From assembly GCA_040755455.1 (NCBI GenBank), contig JBFMAY010000048.1:1-26173 (forward strand): DNA of 26,173 nt. The letters run 5' to 3'. Both the position numbers and the translations under genes were made by a program. This document shows positions 1 to 9,535 of the stretch, piece by piece. Position 1 is the stretch's first letter, and every line of letters begins with the position of its first letter. The notes beneath the pieces are model-generated. The model searched no databases and was not told where the DNA came from. It worked only from the letters and a program-made list of their open reading frames with translations. This DNA comes from Thermodesulfobacteriota bacterium. Lineage in GTDB: Bacteria > Desulfobacterota > Desulfobulbia > Desulfobulbales > SURF-16.

Positions 1-257
1 TGATTTCTTTTGGCATAAAGGGCGGCACGGAAGCTGGCCGAAAACTTATGAACAGTGTTGAACTATGTTCTTTGGCCGTCAGCCTGGGGGCTGTTGATAC
101 CCTGATCGAACACCCCGCTTCCATGACACATTCGAACGTTCCGTTAGAGGTCAGAAGGAAAGCAGGAATTACCGATGATTTGGTGAGAATTTCAGTGGGC
201 ATAGAGGAGTTCGAGGATATTATAGCAGACTTGGACCAGGCACTCATGAAGATATGA
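1..257 (+). CDS. 3' end of a Cys/Met metabolism PLP-dependent enzyme (methionine gamma-lyase / cystathionine gamma-synthase family); 5'-truncated by the window edge
   Basis: The frame is open from position 3 ([18 protein letters not shown]...). It carries the family C-terminal motifs [17 protein letters not shown] and [25 protein letters not shown]. Confidence 0.9.
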   Translation, partial: ISFGIKGGTEAGRKLMNSVELCSLAVSLGAVDTLIEHPASMTHSNVPLEVRRKAGITDDLVRISVGIEEFEDIIADLDQALMKI

Positions 258-310
258 ACCATACCATGGAAGCTGAACTTAGCGCCCTTCTGGCAGAATG
301 ATTCCTTGTA

Positions 311-531
311 TGTGGTTGTGCTAACGTAAAATTGACCAGAAGAAGGGGTTTGTGCTAATCGAAAACCACCCTGGGCATCAGGACTCCGGCAGAATGTTGT
401 TCATTTAAGCAATCTGCCAGGAGGGAAAGGAGTTGCTCACAATAAATCAATATAAATTTATCAGGACGGTCCATAATGTTTACCGGAAGAACATCAGCGA
501 ACTGGCCCGGCTGACGGGGCATTCGCGGAAC
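311..531 (+). mobile_element. IS21-family insertion sequence remnant (left end plus start of istA)
   Basis: The end starts with TG (TGTGGTTGTGCTAACGTAAAATTGACCA, 311-338). A second related subterminal repeat follows (TTGTGCTAATCGAAAACCACC, 350-370), as in IS21 ends. Then come an imperfect hairpin, an RBS (AAGGAG) and an IstA-like N-terminus. Confidence 0.75.
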
Positions 532-579
532 CGGCCCTTAACGAAGCTACCGACGGCGGAACAACTTGAAATCAAGTAA
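433..579 (+). pseudogene. istA: Truncated IS21 transposase IstA (HTH N-terminus only)
   Basis: TTG start after GGAAAGGAG. It translates to MLTINQYKFIRTVHNVYRKNISELARLTGHSRN, the IstA N-terminal HTH pattern. Similarity stops abruptly after GHSRN and the frame ends at 579 (48 aa, below the ORF-track cutoff). Confidence 0.75.
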
Positions 580-669
580 GAAAATGACAAAAAATATAGG
601 GATGGATGGCGTCCATGCCGACGGCGGCAACGGAGATTCTGTGCAGGCTGTAGACAGGATAAAGGGGGC

Positions 670-3600
670 TTACCCCTCGTCCAGTGTTCTTCTGATAACC
701 ATGGCAAAGTCGTTTCTGAGCACGGGCTTGGTGATATAAGCCTTGATCCCCAACGATTTCGCCTTTTCCTCACTGATCTGCTCACTGAAACCGGTGCACA
801 GCATAATCTGCATGCCGGACCTGAGACCAAGAATCTTCATGGCCAGCTCCGCCCCGGTCATGCCGGGCATGGTCATGTCGGTGATGACCAGGTCATAGCC
901 CTGGGGATGACGCTGGAAGATGTGCCAGGCCTCGATGCTGTCGGTCACGGCGGTCACCGTATAGCCCAGCTCCTCAAGTATCTGGCGTGAAACGGCGATG
1001 ATTTCCTCTTCATCATCCACCATGAGAATTCGCTCATGACCCCTGGGAACCGGGCCCACAACCTCGACTTCAGCCATGTTCGGCTCCACGGCCACACAGG
1101 GCAGATATACGTGGAAGGTGGTTCCCTTGCCCGGCTCGCTGTAGACCGAGATATGCCCATGGTGGCTCTGCACGATGCCATGAACCACGGCCAGCCCCAT
1201 GCCTGTTCCCTCCCCCTTGTCCTTGGTGGTGAAGTACGGTTCAAATATCCTGTTTTTGATTTCCGGGCGGATGCCGGGGCCGGTGTCGCTCACATCAAGC
1301 ATCACATACCTTCCCGGCGCCAGACGCAGGCCTGCAAGGTAATCACCATCCCTTACCTCAACCTCATGCAGGCCGATGGCCAGCACGCCGCCCGTTTCCC
1401 GCATGGCCTGATAGGCATTGGTGCACAGGTTCATCACGATCTGGTGGATCTGGGTGGGATCTGCCATGACCGTCCCGCAGTCGGGGTTGATACTCTGCGT
1501 TATCTCGATGGTGGTCGGGATGGTGGAACGGAGCAGCTTCAAGGCCTCCTTGACGAAAACATGGATTTTGAGGGGTTTGTATTCCTGCGGAGCCTGACGG
1601 CTGAAGGCGAGAATCTGCTGGACCAGATCCCTGGCCCGCATACCGGCCCTGATCACCTGCTGCTGGTAGATCCAGATCTCGCTGTCTCGCGTCAGTCTCT
1701 GTTTCACCAGTTCGGCATAACCGATGATGGCGGTCAGGATATTGTTGAAATCATGGGCAATGCCGCCCGCCAGGGTGCCGATGGATTCCATTTTCTGGGC
1801 CTGCTGCAGCTGTTCCGCCAGCCGCAGCCGCTCCTCCACAGCCACCTTGCTTTCCGTGATGTCAAGCCAGATGCCGACAATCTCCTTGGGCTCGCCATTG
1901 CCATCCCTGACCAGAATGGCATTGTCCTCAAACCAGCGGTAACTGCCGTCTGCATGCAGCCAGCGGTATTCCACCATGACTCCTTTCTCCTCGATGATGC
2001 TTCCGAAAACCTTGAGCACCTGGGGGCGATCCTCCGGATAGAGCCGTGATTCCCAGAAACCCAGATCGTTGGTGAAGTGCTCGGCGGTGAAACCGGATAT
2101 CTTTTCAATCTGGCCACGCAACCAGATGCCGCCGAATTGGTCGGACGGCTGGGCGATATAGAAGGCCACGGGCAGCGAACCGAGGATAAGAGACTGCCGG
2201 GCCTGGACTTTGTACAGTTCCTCATAGGCATTCCGGCGGTCCTCGATCTCCGCCTGCAGATGCCGGTTGGCCTTGGTGAGATCGTGGGTCTTGGCGGCGA
2301 CGATGCTTTCCAGTTCCTCCTGGTGCAGGCGCAGCCGTTCCTCCGCTTTGCGGCGGGTGTCCACCTCCCGGGCAAGGCGCCGGTTCCAGTAGAGGAAGAT
2401 GCCGCAGACCACGACGACCACTGCCAGCACCCTGAATAAAAAAGCGTAATCCACCTTCTGGTCATGATAGGTCAACAGAATCCACTTCCGGTACAGACCG
2501 TCCTTGTCCTCCTCGCTCACGGCAGCCAGTGCCTTCTGCAGAATGGGGATAAACTGCGGCCAGTCGCTGCGCACCGCGAACGACATGGCGTTTTTATACG
2601 GTGTTTCACCGCCCACCTTGATGGAGGAAAAACCCTGCTGGCTGATATAATTGCTGCCGGTGAGCAGGTTTTCGACAAAGGCGGCGATCTCGGAATTCTC
2701 CAGCATTTTCAGCCCGTCAATGACCGTCTTGACCGGCACGATGTCAAGTTCGGGATGATTCGTTCGGAGCAGGTCATGGATGGCGTAACTTTCCACCACG
2801 GCAACCTTCCGGCCGGCAAGGTCATCGAGCTTGCCCACAAAACCCATGTCCTTGCGGGTGAAGATGACAATGGGAAAGGAGAGATAGGGTTCGGTGAAAT
2901 TCACATATGATAAGCGTTCAGGGGTGGGCGTCAGGCAGGAAAACATATCAAGCTCCCGGCTCTTCACCTGGGCGACCAGTTCCTGCCAGGTTCTGCCCTT
3001 CTCCATCGCAAAGGTGACGCCGAGAAGATCGGCAAGCCGCTGCAGATAATCAATGGCAAAACCTTGATATTCCCCGTGCTCATCGACAAATTCAAAGGGC
3101 GCCCATGCCGGATCACTCGCCACTTTGATCACCGGGTGCGCCTTGAGCCAGGCATATTCCTCTTCGGTAAAGGCAGGCAGATGCTCTATCTGCAAAATCC
3201 TGTCCTGCTGCAGGTCGATATCCAGCCACTTTTTCTGGATCTGCCGCCTCTCGGCATCGGTGATGGATGAAATGGCCTTGTTGAAAATGGCGAGCAGCTC
3301 AGGGGCGTCCTTGCGCAGGCCGATCCGGGAATGGCCGATATGTTCATCCGTCTGCACATAGGCAAACTTCAGATTCGGCAGAAACTGTTCGGTTATATGA
3401 TGGTAGAGGACCGTGGCGTCGTCAAAAACGCCGTCAACCTTCTTCTCAATGAGCAAGTTGATGGCCTCGGTCAACGTGTCGACGCCGACGGTGTCAATCC
3501 GGGGATATTTTTTAACAAGCATGGCCAGTCTGGCGCTTGATTTCTTGACCGCAATTTTCCGCCCGCCGAAATCAGCCAGGCTGTTGATGCCCGGTTCCCC

Positions 3601-4158
3601 TTGCCGGGTGACCAGAGCCAGGGGGTAGATGATACAGGCATCGGTGAAGTTGAGAGAGGGCCTTCTCTCCTCCAGCATCTCCGCATTGACGATGCCGTCA
3701 ACCTGGTGCTCCATGGCCTTTTGCAAGGCCTCGGGCCAGGTCGAGCCGGCAAAGTGCACGGTGATGTCCAGTTTCCCGGCCAGCAGCCGGATGAAATCAA
3801 TGTTGATGCCGTCGATGACTCCGGCGCTGTTGCGGAAATTCTTCGGCGGATAGTCCTCATCCACCGCCAGGGTGATAACCGGATGGGCGGCAAGCCACTG
3901 CCGCTCTTCCGGAGTGAGCGGCACCTCCCCCCGGTACTCCCGGCCTGCATCCTCGGCAACCGCCGCTTGCCGCGCCAAGTCCTGAGCCTCGCTCTTCTCG
4001 GCGGGGTTTTCATTCCTTGCCGCCTGGCCGGCAGGCAGATTCCCGGCCTGCGCCTTTTCCGCGGGAAAAGGGGAGAATGACGCGGCAAGCAGCGTCCAGA
4101 GGATAAGGGGCAGAAGCAGGACAACACTTCCACAAGATGCTTTGCTAGGTGAAGTCAT
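670..4158 (-). CDS. Hybrid sensor histidine kinase: two periplasmic solute-binding (SBP_bac_3-like) domains, TM, PAS, HisKA, HATPase, receiver
   Basis: N-terminal hydrophobic segment, then duplicated 'LT.EE..WL.AHPVI' binding domains and a TM (FLFRVLAVVVVVCGIFLYWNRRL). PAS (EYRWLHADGSYRWFED), H-box LAGGIAHDFNNIL, N-box QIVMNLCTNA, FEPYFTTK..GEGTGMGL. Receiver motifs ILMVDDE, LVITDMTMPGMTG and KP. Confidence 0.95.
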   Translation of the reverse strand: MTSPSKASCGSVVLLLPLILWTLLAASFSPFPAEKAQAGNLPAGQAARNENPAEKSEAQDLARQAAVAEDAGREYRGEVPLTPEERQWLAAHPVITLAVDEDYPPKNFRNSAGVIDGINIDFIRLLAGKLDITVHFAGSTWPEALQKAMEHQVDGIVNAEMLEERRPSLNFTDACIIYPLALVTRQGEPGINSLADFGGRKIAVKKSSARLAMLVKKYPRIDTVGVDTLTEAINLLIEKKVDGVFDDATVLYHHITEQFLPNLKFAYVQTDEHIGHSRIGLRKDAPELLAIFNKAISSITDAERRQIQKKWLDIDLQQDRILQIEHLPAFTEEEYAWLKAHPVIKVASDPAWAPFEFVDEHGEYQGFAIDYLQRLADLLGVTFAMEKGRTWQELVAQVKSRELDMFSCLTPTPERLSYVNFTEPYLSFPIVIFTRKDMGFVGKLDDLAGRKVAVVESYAIHDLLRTNHPELDIVPVKTVIDGLKMLENSEIAAFVENLLTGSNYISQQGFSSIKVGGETPYKNAMSFAVRSDWPQFIPILQKALAAVSEEDKDGLYRKWILLTYHDQKVDYAFLFRVLAVVVVVCGIFLYWNRRLAREVDTRRKAEERLRLHQEELESIVAAKTHDLTKANRHLQAEIEDRRNAYEELYKVQARQSLILGSLPVAFYIAQPSDQFGGIWLRGQIEKISGFTAEHFTNDLGFWESRLYPEDRPQVLKVFGSIIEEKGVMVEYRWLHADGSYRWFEDNAILVRDGNGEPKEIVGIWLDITESKVAVEERLRLAEQLQQAQKMESIGTLAGGIAHDFNNILTAIIGYAELVKQRLTRDSEIWIYQQQVIRAGMRARDLVQQILAFSRQAPQEYKPLKIHVFVKEALKLLRSTIPTTIEITQSINPDCGTVMADPTQIHQIVMNLCTNAYQAMRETGGVLAIGLHEVEVRDGDYLAGLRLAPGRYVMLDVSDTGPGIRPEIKNRIFEPYFTTKDKGEGTGMGLAVVHGIVQSHHGHISVYSEPGKGTTFHVYLPCVAVEPNMAEVEVVGPVPRGHERILMVDDEEEIIAVSRQILEELGYTVTAVTDSIEAWHIFQRHPQGYDLVITDMTMPGMTGAELAMKILGLRSGMQIMLCTGFSEQISEEKAKSLGIKAYITKPVLRNDFAMVIRRTLDEG

Positions 4159-4244
4159 TTAATAAGGGCGTCATCAGTCTCAGGGAAGAAGTCGGCAATG
4201 CCGCATCAGGACCGGTAATCATGCCTGACTGGGCGGCAATTTAT

Positions 4245-4274
4245 ATAGTGGGGCAAAAAATCAGGAAATGTCAA
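4245..4274 (-). promoter_or_regulatory. Candidate sigma70 promoter for the sensor kinase
   Basis: Minus strand reads TTGACA (4274-4269), an 18-bp spacer, then CACTAT (4250-4245), about 90 bp upstream of the kinase start. Confidence 0.35.
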
Positions 4275-4513
4275 GAAATGGCGCAATAAAACTTACGGAG
4301 AACACCAATGCGGAGCTTGTCCGTAGATAAGATCTCAGTGGCAAGCAAATATCGATAAGAGAAAAAACAGGTTTATGCCAGGGAGGAATTGACCGTGGCA
4401 TGGGAAACACGGTCCAGCAACATCTGGGCCTGCCACTTGCCTTCATTGGCGCGTTCACACCAGCTGCCAGCCGCTCTCAGTCAGGCGGGGCAGCATGGCA
4501 TGCGGCAACGCCC

Positions 4514-6793
4514 TCACGGAGTTTCATCGCCCATCAACAGCTGTTCATCAAAGACCGGGGAGGTATGGCGGAAAACCACCTTGCGGAAAAAATCGATGGT
4601 ATCCATGCGGCGATTGAGCATTCTCACCTGTTCCCTGACCATGCCGGTCATGGGAATGCGGGTGATGGCCATCTTGTATTCAATATTGGAGACGTAACGG
4701 CTGTCGAGATACCAGGCATAAATAAGTCCCATCAGCATGCCCGGCGGGGTGAAGCCTTCGCTGCCGCTGATCAGCCGGGTATAGAGCAGCTTATTGCTGT
4801 CAGCCTGGTTCATGCGCACCATGCGCAGGAAACGGGCCAGCTCGCCGGCGGAGAAATAACAGTGCCTGGTCTCCTCCGGCTCCAGGGTGAGATAATAGAC
4901 CTTGCCCAGCATAATGCCGTTCTGTTCCACCGGCATTGTTTCCTTGCGGGCCGCGTAATTGCCCAGCAGCGACTGCCCCAGGGCAATGAGCACGGCACAC
5001 TCGAACACCGATGGCTCGCCAAGGATATCCTCCCGGATCTTTATCAGGCCATCAAGGGGATCATAATAGGAAAAGACGCTGTCCCACCGCATGCTGCGCT
5101 GCCACTGCTCTTTTTTTACCAGCTGCAGGCCCTTGACATAATTCCAGTGATCAAGGGGAATATCGGGATGCCGCCAGAAGATATCCTCCAGATGATTTCT
5201 GATCTTGCGGTCAAGCTCCCAGTTCTGCAGCTGGCGGACAAAAAGATTTCTGCGCCGGTCCAGGGTCAGATGGTCCTTCCGGCAGGAATGGTTGATACGG
5301 TAGGCCGCCTGCAGTTTGGCCTTGACCTCGCGGGGGATGTTGTCCCGTACCGCCCAGATGATTTTGATCGCCTTGGCCAGGGCTGCCGGGTCATGCCGCA
5401 CCTTGCGTTCCTTGAGCGCCGTTTCCGAAAAAATCCGCGCCTCAACCGGGGCAAAGCCCATCTGCCAGACCTTGCCCCGGTCCAGATAGATCGGCACCTT
5501 ATCCTCCACCGCATAACTCTGCAGAATATTGCCGGGAATATCCTGCAGGCCCACCAGCATCACCTGCTCAAAAACATCGGCAACCCCGCCGGGGATATTG
5601 CGGTGGTAGGCATTGATCAGATCGGAGACGTAGAAGCGGCGGCGCGGGTCTTCCAGCACCAGATCGGTTTCCCCTTTCTGGATCCAGAGATTGGCCACCA
5701 GAATCTTCAGGGCATGGGCATTATCCCGCACCGCCTGGGCCAGTCCCGGCACCTGCAGAATCGGGATAATGCTCGTGTAGAGGCTGCCGGGGGCAAACAC
5801 AATGATATCGGCCTCGGCAATGGCGCGCACCACCTCAGGGGGGACAACGGGCTCGTCGACAAATTCGATAAAAACCCGGTCGATCGCGGTATTGCGTCGG
5901 GCGGTGGCGGTCTTGTTTTCCCCGCTGACCACCACCCCGTTACTGTACAGAACCCGCAGATGGGCCTGGGTGGTGGAGCAGGGCAGCACCGCGCCCTCAC
6001 GCGCGCCGATCAAGACTGCCAGCCGGTTGATGCCGGCCAGCAGATCCGCAGGCGACACGGTGATGCCCTTGTCGATGCCCCGGTAAATCGCCGCGGCCAG
6101 CAGCAGATTCCCCAGACAGTGCGGCCTCTCCAGCAGCTGCAATAAACGGAGATCGCTGAACAGCGAATCAAGCAGCCCGAAAAGTTCGCCGGCCATTTTG
6201 ATCGGCAGCCCGGAAAGTGACAGACAGCCGGCCAGCAGCTCATTGACCGACCCCGGCCGTCTGCTGAAGCGGATATTAAAAAGGCTGTGCAGAATCTCCG
6301 CCGTCTGCCTGGACTCTTCCCCGGTCAGCCGGTAGGTTTCGCTCAGAATCTTGCGGCTGATCGAGGAAAGCAGCACATGACGGATATCCCCCAGGGCGAT
6401 GATGGGAAGATCCTTCAGCAGTTCGCCGGTGGAGCCGCCGTCATCGGTGATGCAGACGATGGAGGTGGTATGGGGAAAGAGTCTTTTCATGCCGTGGAAC
6501 GGATTTGCCGTCCAGCCGGCATGGCGGCTGTCGCCGCCGATAACAGTGGACAGACCGCTGCCGCCGCCGAGCACCGCCACCCGGAGGTTCGCCGTATCAA
6601 CATTGCCCAGGGTGGCCACCATATCCTCCAGGGAGGCGGTGATATGGGGCGGCGCAGGTGGCGGGCCCATCAGCACAAGCTCGATGAGCTTTTCCACCAG
6701 ATTACGGCGGGGGACAAGATCCAGTGGAAAAATTCTGTTCTTTTCCAGCTGCTTCACACGTATTGATACAGGATCGTCTACTGATTGCATCAT
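4514..6793 (-). CDS. yvcK: YvcK/GlmR (CofD-like, gluconeogenesis factor) family protein with a long C-terminal extension
   Basis: Motifs VLGGGSGLS, TDDGGSTG, GDIRH, HCLGNL, ADIIVFAPGSLYTSIIP, ANL..QKGET and RHDP. The start is set at the ATG at 6793 rather than the TTG at 6838, which lies inside a terminator-like hairpin. Confidence 0.88.
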   Translation of the reverse strand: MMQSVDDPVSIRVKQLEKNRIFPLDLVPRRNLVEKLIELVLMGPPPAPPHITASLEDMVATLGNVDTANLRVAVLGGGSGLSTVIGGDSRHAGWTANPFHGMKRLFPHTTSIVCITDDGGSTGELLKDLPIIALGDIRHVLLSSISRKILSETYRLTGEESRQTAEILHSLFNIRFSRRPGSVNELLAGCLSLSGLPIKMAGELFGLLDSLFSDLRLLQLLERPHCLGNLLLAAAIYRGIDKGITVSPADLLAGINRLAVLIGAREGAVLPCSTTQAHLRVLYSNGVVVSGENKTATARRNTAIDRVFIEFVDEPVVPPEVVRAIAEADIIVFAPGSLYTSIIPILQVPGLAQAVRDNAHALKILVANLWIQKGETDLVLEDPRRRFYVSDLINAYHRNIPGGVADVFEQVMLVGLQDIPGNILQSYAVEDKVPIYLDRGKVWQMGFAPVEARIFSETALKERKVRHDPAALAKAIKIIWAVRDNIPREVKAKLQAAYRINHSCRKDHLTLDRRRNLFVRQLQNWELDRKIRNHLEDIFWRHPDIPLDHWNYVKGLQLVKKEQWQRSMRWDSVFSYYDPLDGLIKIREDILGEPSVFECAVLIALGQSLLGNYAARKETMPVEQNGIMLGKVYYLTLEPEETRHCYFSAGELARFLRMVRMNQADSNKLLYTRLISGSEGFTPPGMLMGLIYAWYLDSRYVSNIEYKMAITRIPMTGMVREQVRMLNRRMDTIDFFRKVVFRHTSPVFDEQLLMGDETP

Positions 6794-6818
6794 AGCGGCA
6801 CGGTGTGCTTGGGTCAAA

Positions 6819-6858
6819 GGCACTGAGGGGCGGCGCAAAAGCCCGAGCCCTCAGTGCC
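6819..6858 (-). terminator. Strong hairpin downstream of mdh (possible intrinsic terminator or stabiliser)
   Basis: Perfect 11-bp stem GGCACTGAGGG (6819-6829) / CCCTCAGTGCC (6848-6858). Only a short TTT tail on the minus strand. Confidence 0.5.
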
Positions 6859-6915
6859 CAGCAGGACAAATATTAACGCAGGAACCGGTGAACAGGACAT
6901 GCCCACCGCGGGTGC

Positions 6916-7842
6916 TTACAGACCCGTATCTGCCATCTGTTTACGCACGGCAGCCTCGGATTCGGCCAGGGCCTTTTTTTCCTCATCGGTCAATGCAAAT
7001 TCCACAATCCTTTCCACCCCGACGGCGCCCAGCACCACCGGCACGCCGAGAAAGCAGCCGGAGACACCGAACTCACCTTCCACATAGGCGGCGCACGGCA
7101 GCACCCGCTTGCTGTCGGTCAGAATGGCCTCGGCCATTTCCACGGCAGCCAGACCCGGAGTATAAAAGGCGGAGCCGGTTTTCAGATGGTTGACGATCTC
7201 GGCGCCGCCGTGCTGGGTGCGCTTGACAATGGCGTTCAGTTGGTCTTCGTTAAGCAGATCGGTGACCGGGATGCCGGCCACATTGGCCAGACGGACCAGG
7301 GGCAGCATGTTGTCGCCGTGGATGCCCATGACCATGGCATTGACATCCCGGGGGGCAACACCCAGGGCCTCAGCCAGGAAGGTGCGGTAACGGGCCGAGT
7401 CAAGCACGCCGGCCATGCCCACCACCCTGTTTTTGGGGAATCCCGACACCTTGAAGGCGGTATAAACCATGGCGTCAATGGGGTTGGTCACCACGATAAG
7501 CACGGCGTTCGGCGAATGCCTGGCGGCGCTCTCAGCGCATGCTTTGACGATGGCCACGTTCTTGGCCAGCAGATCATCGCGGGACATGCCCGGTTTACGG
7601 GCCAGACCAGCGGTGATGATGACCACATCGGAGCCGGCGGAATCGGCATAATCATTGCTGCCTGAGATGCGGCCGGAAAAGCCGTCAACCGGCCCGGCCT
7701 GGAGCAGATCAAGGGCCTTGCCCTGGGGCACGCCCTCCACCACATCAAGCAGGACAATATCACCAAGCCGCCGGCTGGCCGCCCAGTGCGCCGCCGTGGC
7801 CCCTACATTTCCCGCACCAATAATCGTTATCTTATTTCTCAT
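6916..7842 (-). CDS. mdh: Malate dehydrogenase (LDH-like, tetrameric type)
   Basis: [11 protein letters not shown], the malate-specific loop [34 protein letters not shown] and GSAFY. The ATG at 7842 follows GAGGA. Confidence 0.96.
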   Translation of the reverse strand: MRNKITIIGAGNVGATAAHWAASRRLGDIVLLDVVEGVPQGKALDLLQAGPVDGFSGRISGSNDYADSAGSDVVIITAGLARKPGMSRDDLLAKNVAIVKACAESAARHSPNAVLIVVTNPIDAMVYTAFKVSGFPKNRVVGMAGVLDSARYRTFLAEALGVAPRDVNAMVMGIHGDNMLPLVRLANVAGIPVTDLLNEDQLNAIVKRTQHGGAEIVNHLKTGSAFYTPGLAAVEMAEAILTDSKRVLPCAAYVEGEFGVSGCFLGVPVVLGAVGVERIVEFALTDEEKKALAESEAAVRKQMADTGL

Positions 7843-7864
7843 TATCATTTCCTCTTCATGTTTG

Positions 7865-7896
7865 ATCATTCCAGCGATTGAACGCTTGGTCGTTTA
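7865..7896. repeat. Degenerate 8-bp tandem array (AACGTTNN-like), copy 1
   Basis: ATCATTCC AGCGATTG AACGCTTG GTCGTTTA. It shares TTCCAGCGAT with the array at 25508. Confidence 0.4.
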
Positions 7897-8652
7897 CAGC
7901 AGCTGCTCCACCCTGATGAGGTCCTTTGGCGTATCCACCTCAACGGAATCGTGTTGTGTTAGGACAACCTTGATGCGATAACCGTATTCCAGGGCCCGCA
8001 GCTGTTCAAGTTTTTCAAAACGCTCCCACTCCCCTTCCGGCAGGCTGACAAAGGTCAGCAGAAAGCCCTTGCGGTAGGCATAGAAGCCCAGATGTTTATA
8101 ATAGGTCGGTGGCGGCGGATGCTCAGGGTCCCGCTGATAGGGAATGGACGCCCGGGAAAAATAGAGCGCCATGCCGTTGCGGTCAAAAACCGTTTTGACA
8201 TGATTGGGGTCATCAATCTCCTCCCTGCGGGTGATCTGGTAGATCAAGGTGGCCATGGGCAGGGCCGGATTATCGAGCAGGGGGCGCGCCACCTGCTCGA
8301 TGACTTCCACCGGAAAAAGGGGCTGATCACCCTGGATGTTGACCACCACATCCTGCTCCGGCACATTCATGATGGTGGCCGCCTCGGCCAGCCTGTCGGT
8401 GCCCGAGGCATGCTCGTGGCTGGTCATGACGGCCTCGCCGCCAAAACCCCGGACACAGTCGGCAATCCGCTCGTCATCGGTGGCCACCGCCACCCTGGAA
8501 AGGATGGGCACCGCCATGGCCCGCTCATAAACATGCTGAATCATCGGTTTGCCATTAATTTTCGCTAAAGGTTTTCCCTCAAACCGTTTAGAGTAATAGC
8601 GGGCCGGAATAATGGCCACCACTTTCGGTTCCAATTTATGTTGTAAATCCAT
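7894..8652 (-). CDS. kdsB: 3-deoxy-manno-octulosonate cytidylyltransferase (CMP-Kdo synthetase)
   Basis: IIPARY.SKRF.GKPLA.I.GKPMIQHV, SGTDR, VNIQGDQP, ALYFSRA.IPY, HLGFYAY, EKLEQLRAL and VDTP.D. Confidence 0.96.
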   Translation of the reverse strand: MDLQHKLEPKVVAIIPARYYSKRFEGKPLAKINGKPMIQHVYERAMAVPILSRVAVATDDERIADCVRGFGGEAVMTSHEHASGTDRLAEAATIMNVPEQDVVVNIQGDQPLFPVEVIEQVARPLLDNPALPMATLIYQITRREEIDDPNHVKTVFDRNGMALYFSRASIPYQRDPEHPPPPTYYKHLGFYAYRKGFLLTFVSLPEGEWERFEKLEQLRALEYGYRIKVVLTQHDSVEVDTPKDLIRVEQLL

Positions 8653-8728
8653 AGATATTTTTTATTCACATTCGTTTAATCTGTATCGGGGATGCAAACA
8701 CCCCCGGGAAGCACACAACCGACAGCCA

Positions 8729-9502
8729 ATGCCTGAGACAGCCGTAAAAATCGCCGTGATCTGCGAGGCCGATCACAAAAAAGACCAGGCGGAAAAACTG
8801 GCAGCCCGCCTGGAGATTCCTCTTCTGCCGGATACGGGGGACTGCGCTTTCCTGCTGGCCGTGACCGGCGACAGACTGGAGCTGCGGCAGACAGGCGCCC
8901 AGTCCCCTGGTCCGGTTTTTGTCGACTTCACCGCCGGGGCACTGCGCTACCGAAGACAATTCGGCGGCGGCAGGAAAGAGGCCCTGGCAAGGGCGGTGGG
9001 TCTCAAGGCCAACCGCTGCCCCTTGGTGCTTGACGCCACCGCAGGACTCGGCCGGGACAGCTTCATCCTGGCAAGTCTGGGCTGCCGGGTACTGCTGGTG
9101 GAACGTTCAGCCATTATCGCCGCCTTGCTGGAAGACGGTCTGGCGCGGGCGGCCCAGGACAGGGAAGTTGCCGCCATTGCCGCCCGCATGCGGGTCATCC
9201 GTGCCGACTGCCTGCAGCTGAGCCACCTTGACCCGGCCCCGGAGGTCATTTATCTGGACCCCATGTACCCGCACCGCAGCAAAAGCGCCCTGGTCAAAAA
9301 GGAAATGCGCCTGGTCCGCGCCCTGGTGGGCGACGACAGCGACGCCGGGCTGCTGCTTGACTGGGCACTGGGTCATCAGGGGGTAAGGGTGGTGGTCAAA
9401 CGGCCGCAGGGGGCTCCCACCCTGGGCCACAGCAGGCCAGCCACCGTCATCAGCGGCAAAAACAGCCGTTTTGACATCTACCTGCCCGGAAGAAGCGTTT
9501 AA
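8729..9502 (+). CDS. rsmJ: 16S rRNA m2G1516 methyltransferase RsmJ (YhiQ)
   Basis: VFVDF..G...YRR.FGGG, VLDATAGLGRDSF, VIYLDPMYP..KSALVKKEM, RVVVKRP and RFDIY. The start is moved to the ATG at 8729 to avoid overlapping the divergent kdsB. Confidence 0.92.
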   Translation: MPETAVKIAVICEADHKKDQAEKLAARLEIPLLPDTGDCAFLLAVTGDRLELRQTGAQSPGPVFVDFTAGALRYRRQFGGGRKEALARAVGLKANRCPLVLDATAGLGRDSFILASLGCRVLLVERSAIIAALLEDGLARAAQDREVAAIAARMRVIRADCLQLSHLDPAPEVIYLDPMYPHRSKSALVKKEMRLVRALVGDDSDAGLLLDWALGHQGVRVVVKRPQGAPTLGHSRPATVISGKNSRFDIYLPGRSV

Positions 9503-9533
9503 ACGATCAAACGTTGAAACGCTGGAACATTTC
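9494..9533. repeat. Degenerate 8-bp tandem array, copy 2
   Basis: AGCGTTTA AACGATCA AACGTTGA AACGCTGG AACATTTC, between the convergent rsmJ and aminotransferase. 18 bp (9504-9521) are identical to 25518-25535. Confidence 0.65.
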
Positions 9534-9535
9534 CC

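Noticed and set aside
4400..6145. 581-aa plus-strand ORF opposite yvcK
   Set aside because: An antisense shadow of a GC-biased gene, with no recognisable motifs and a His/Gln-rich shadow composition.
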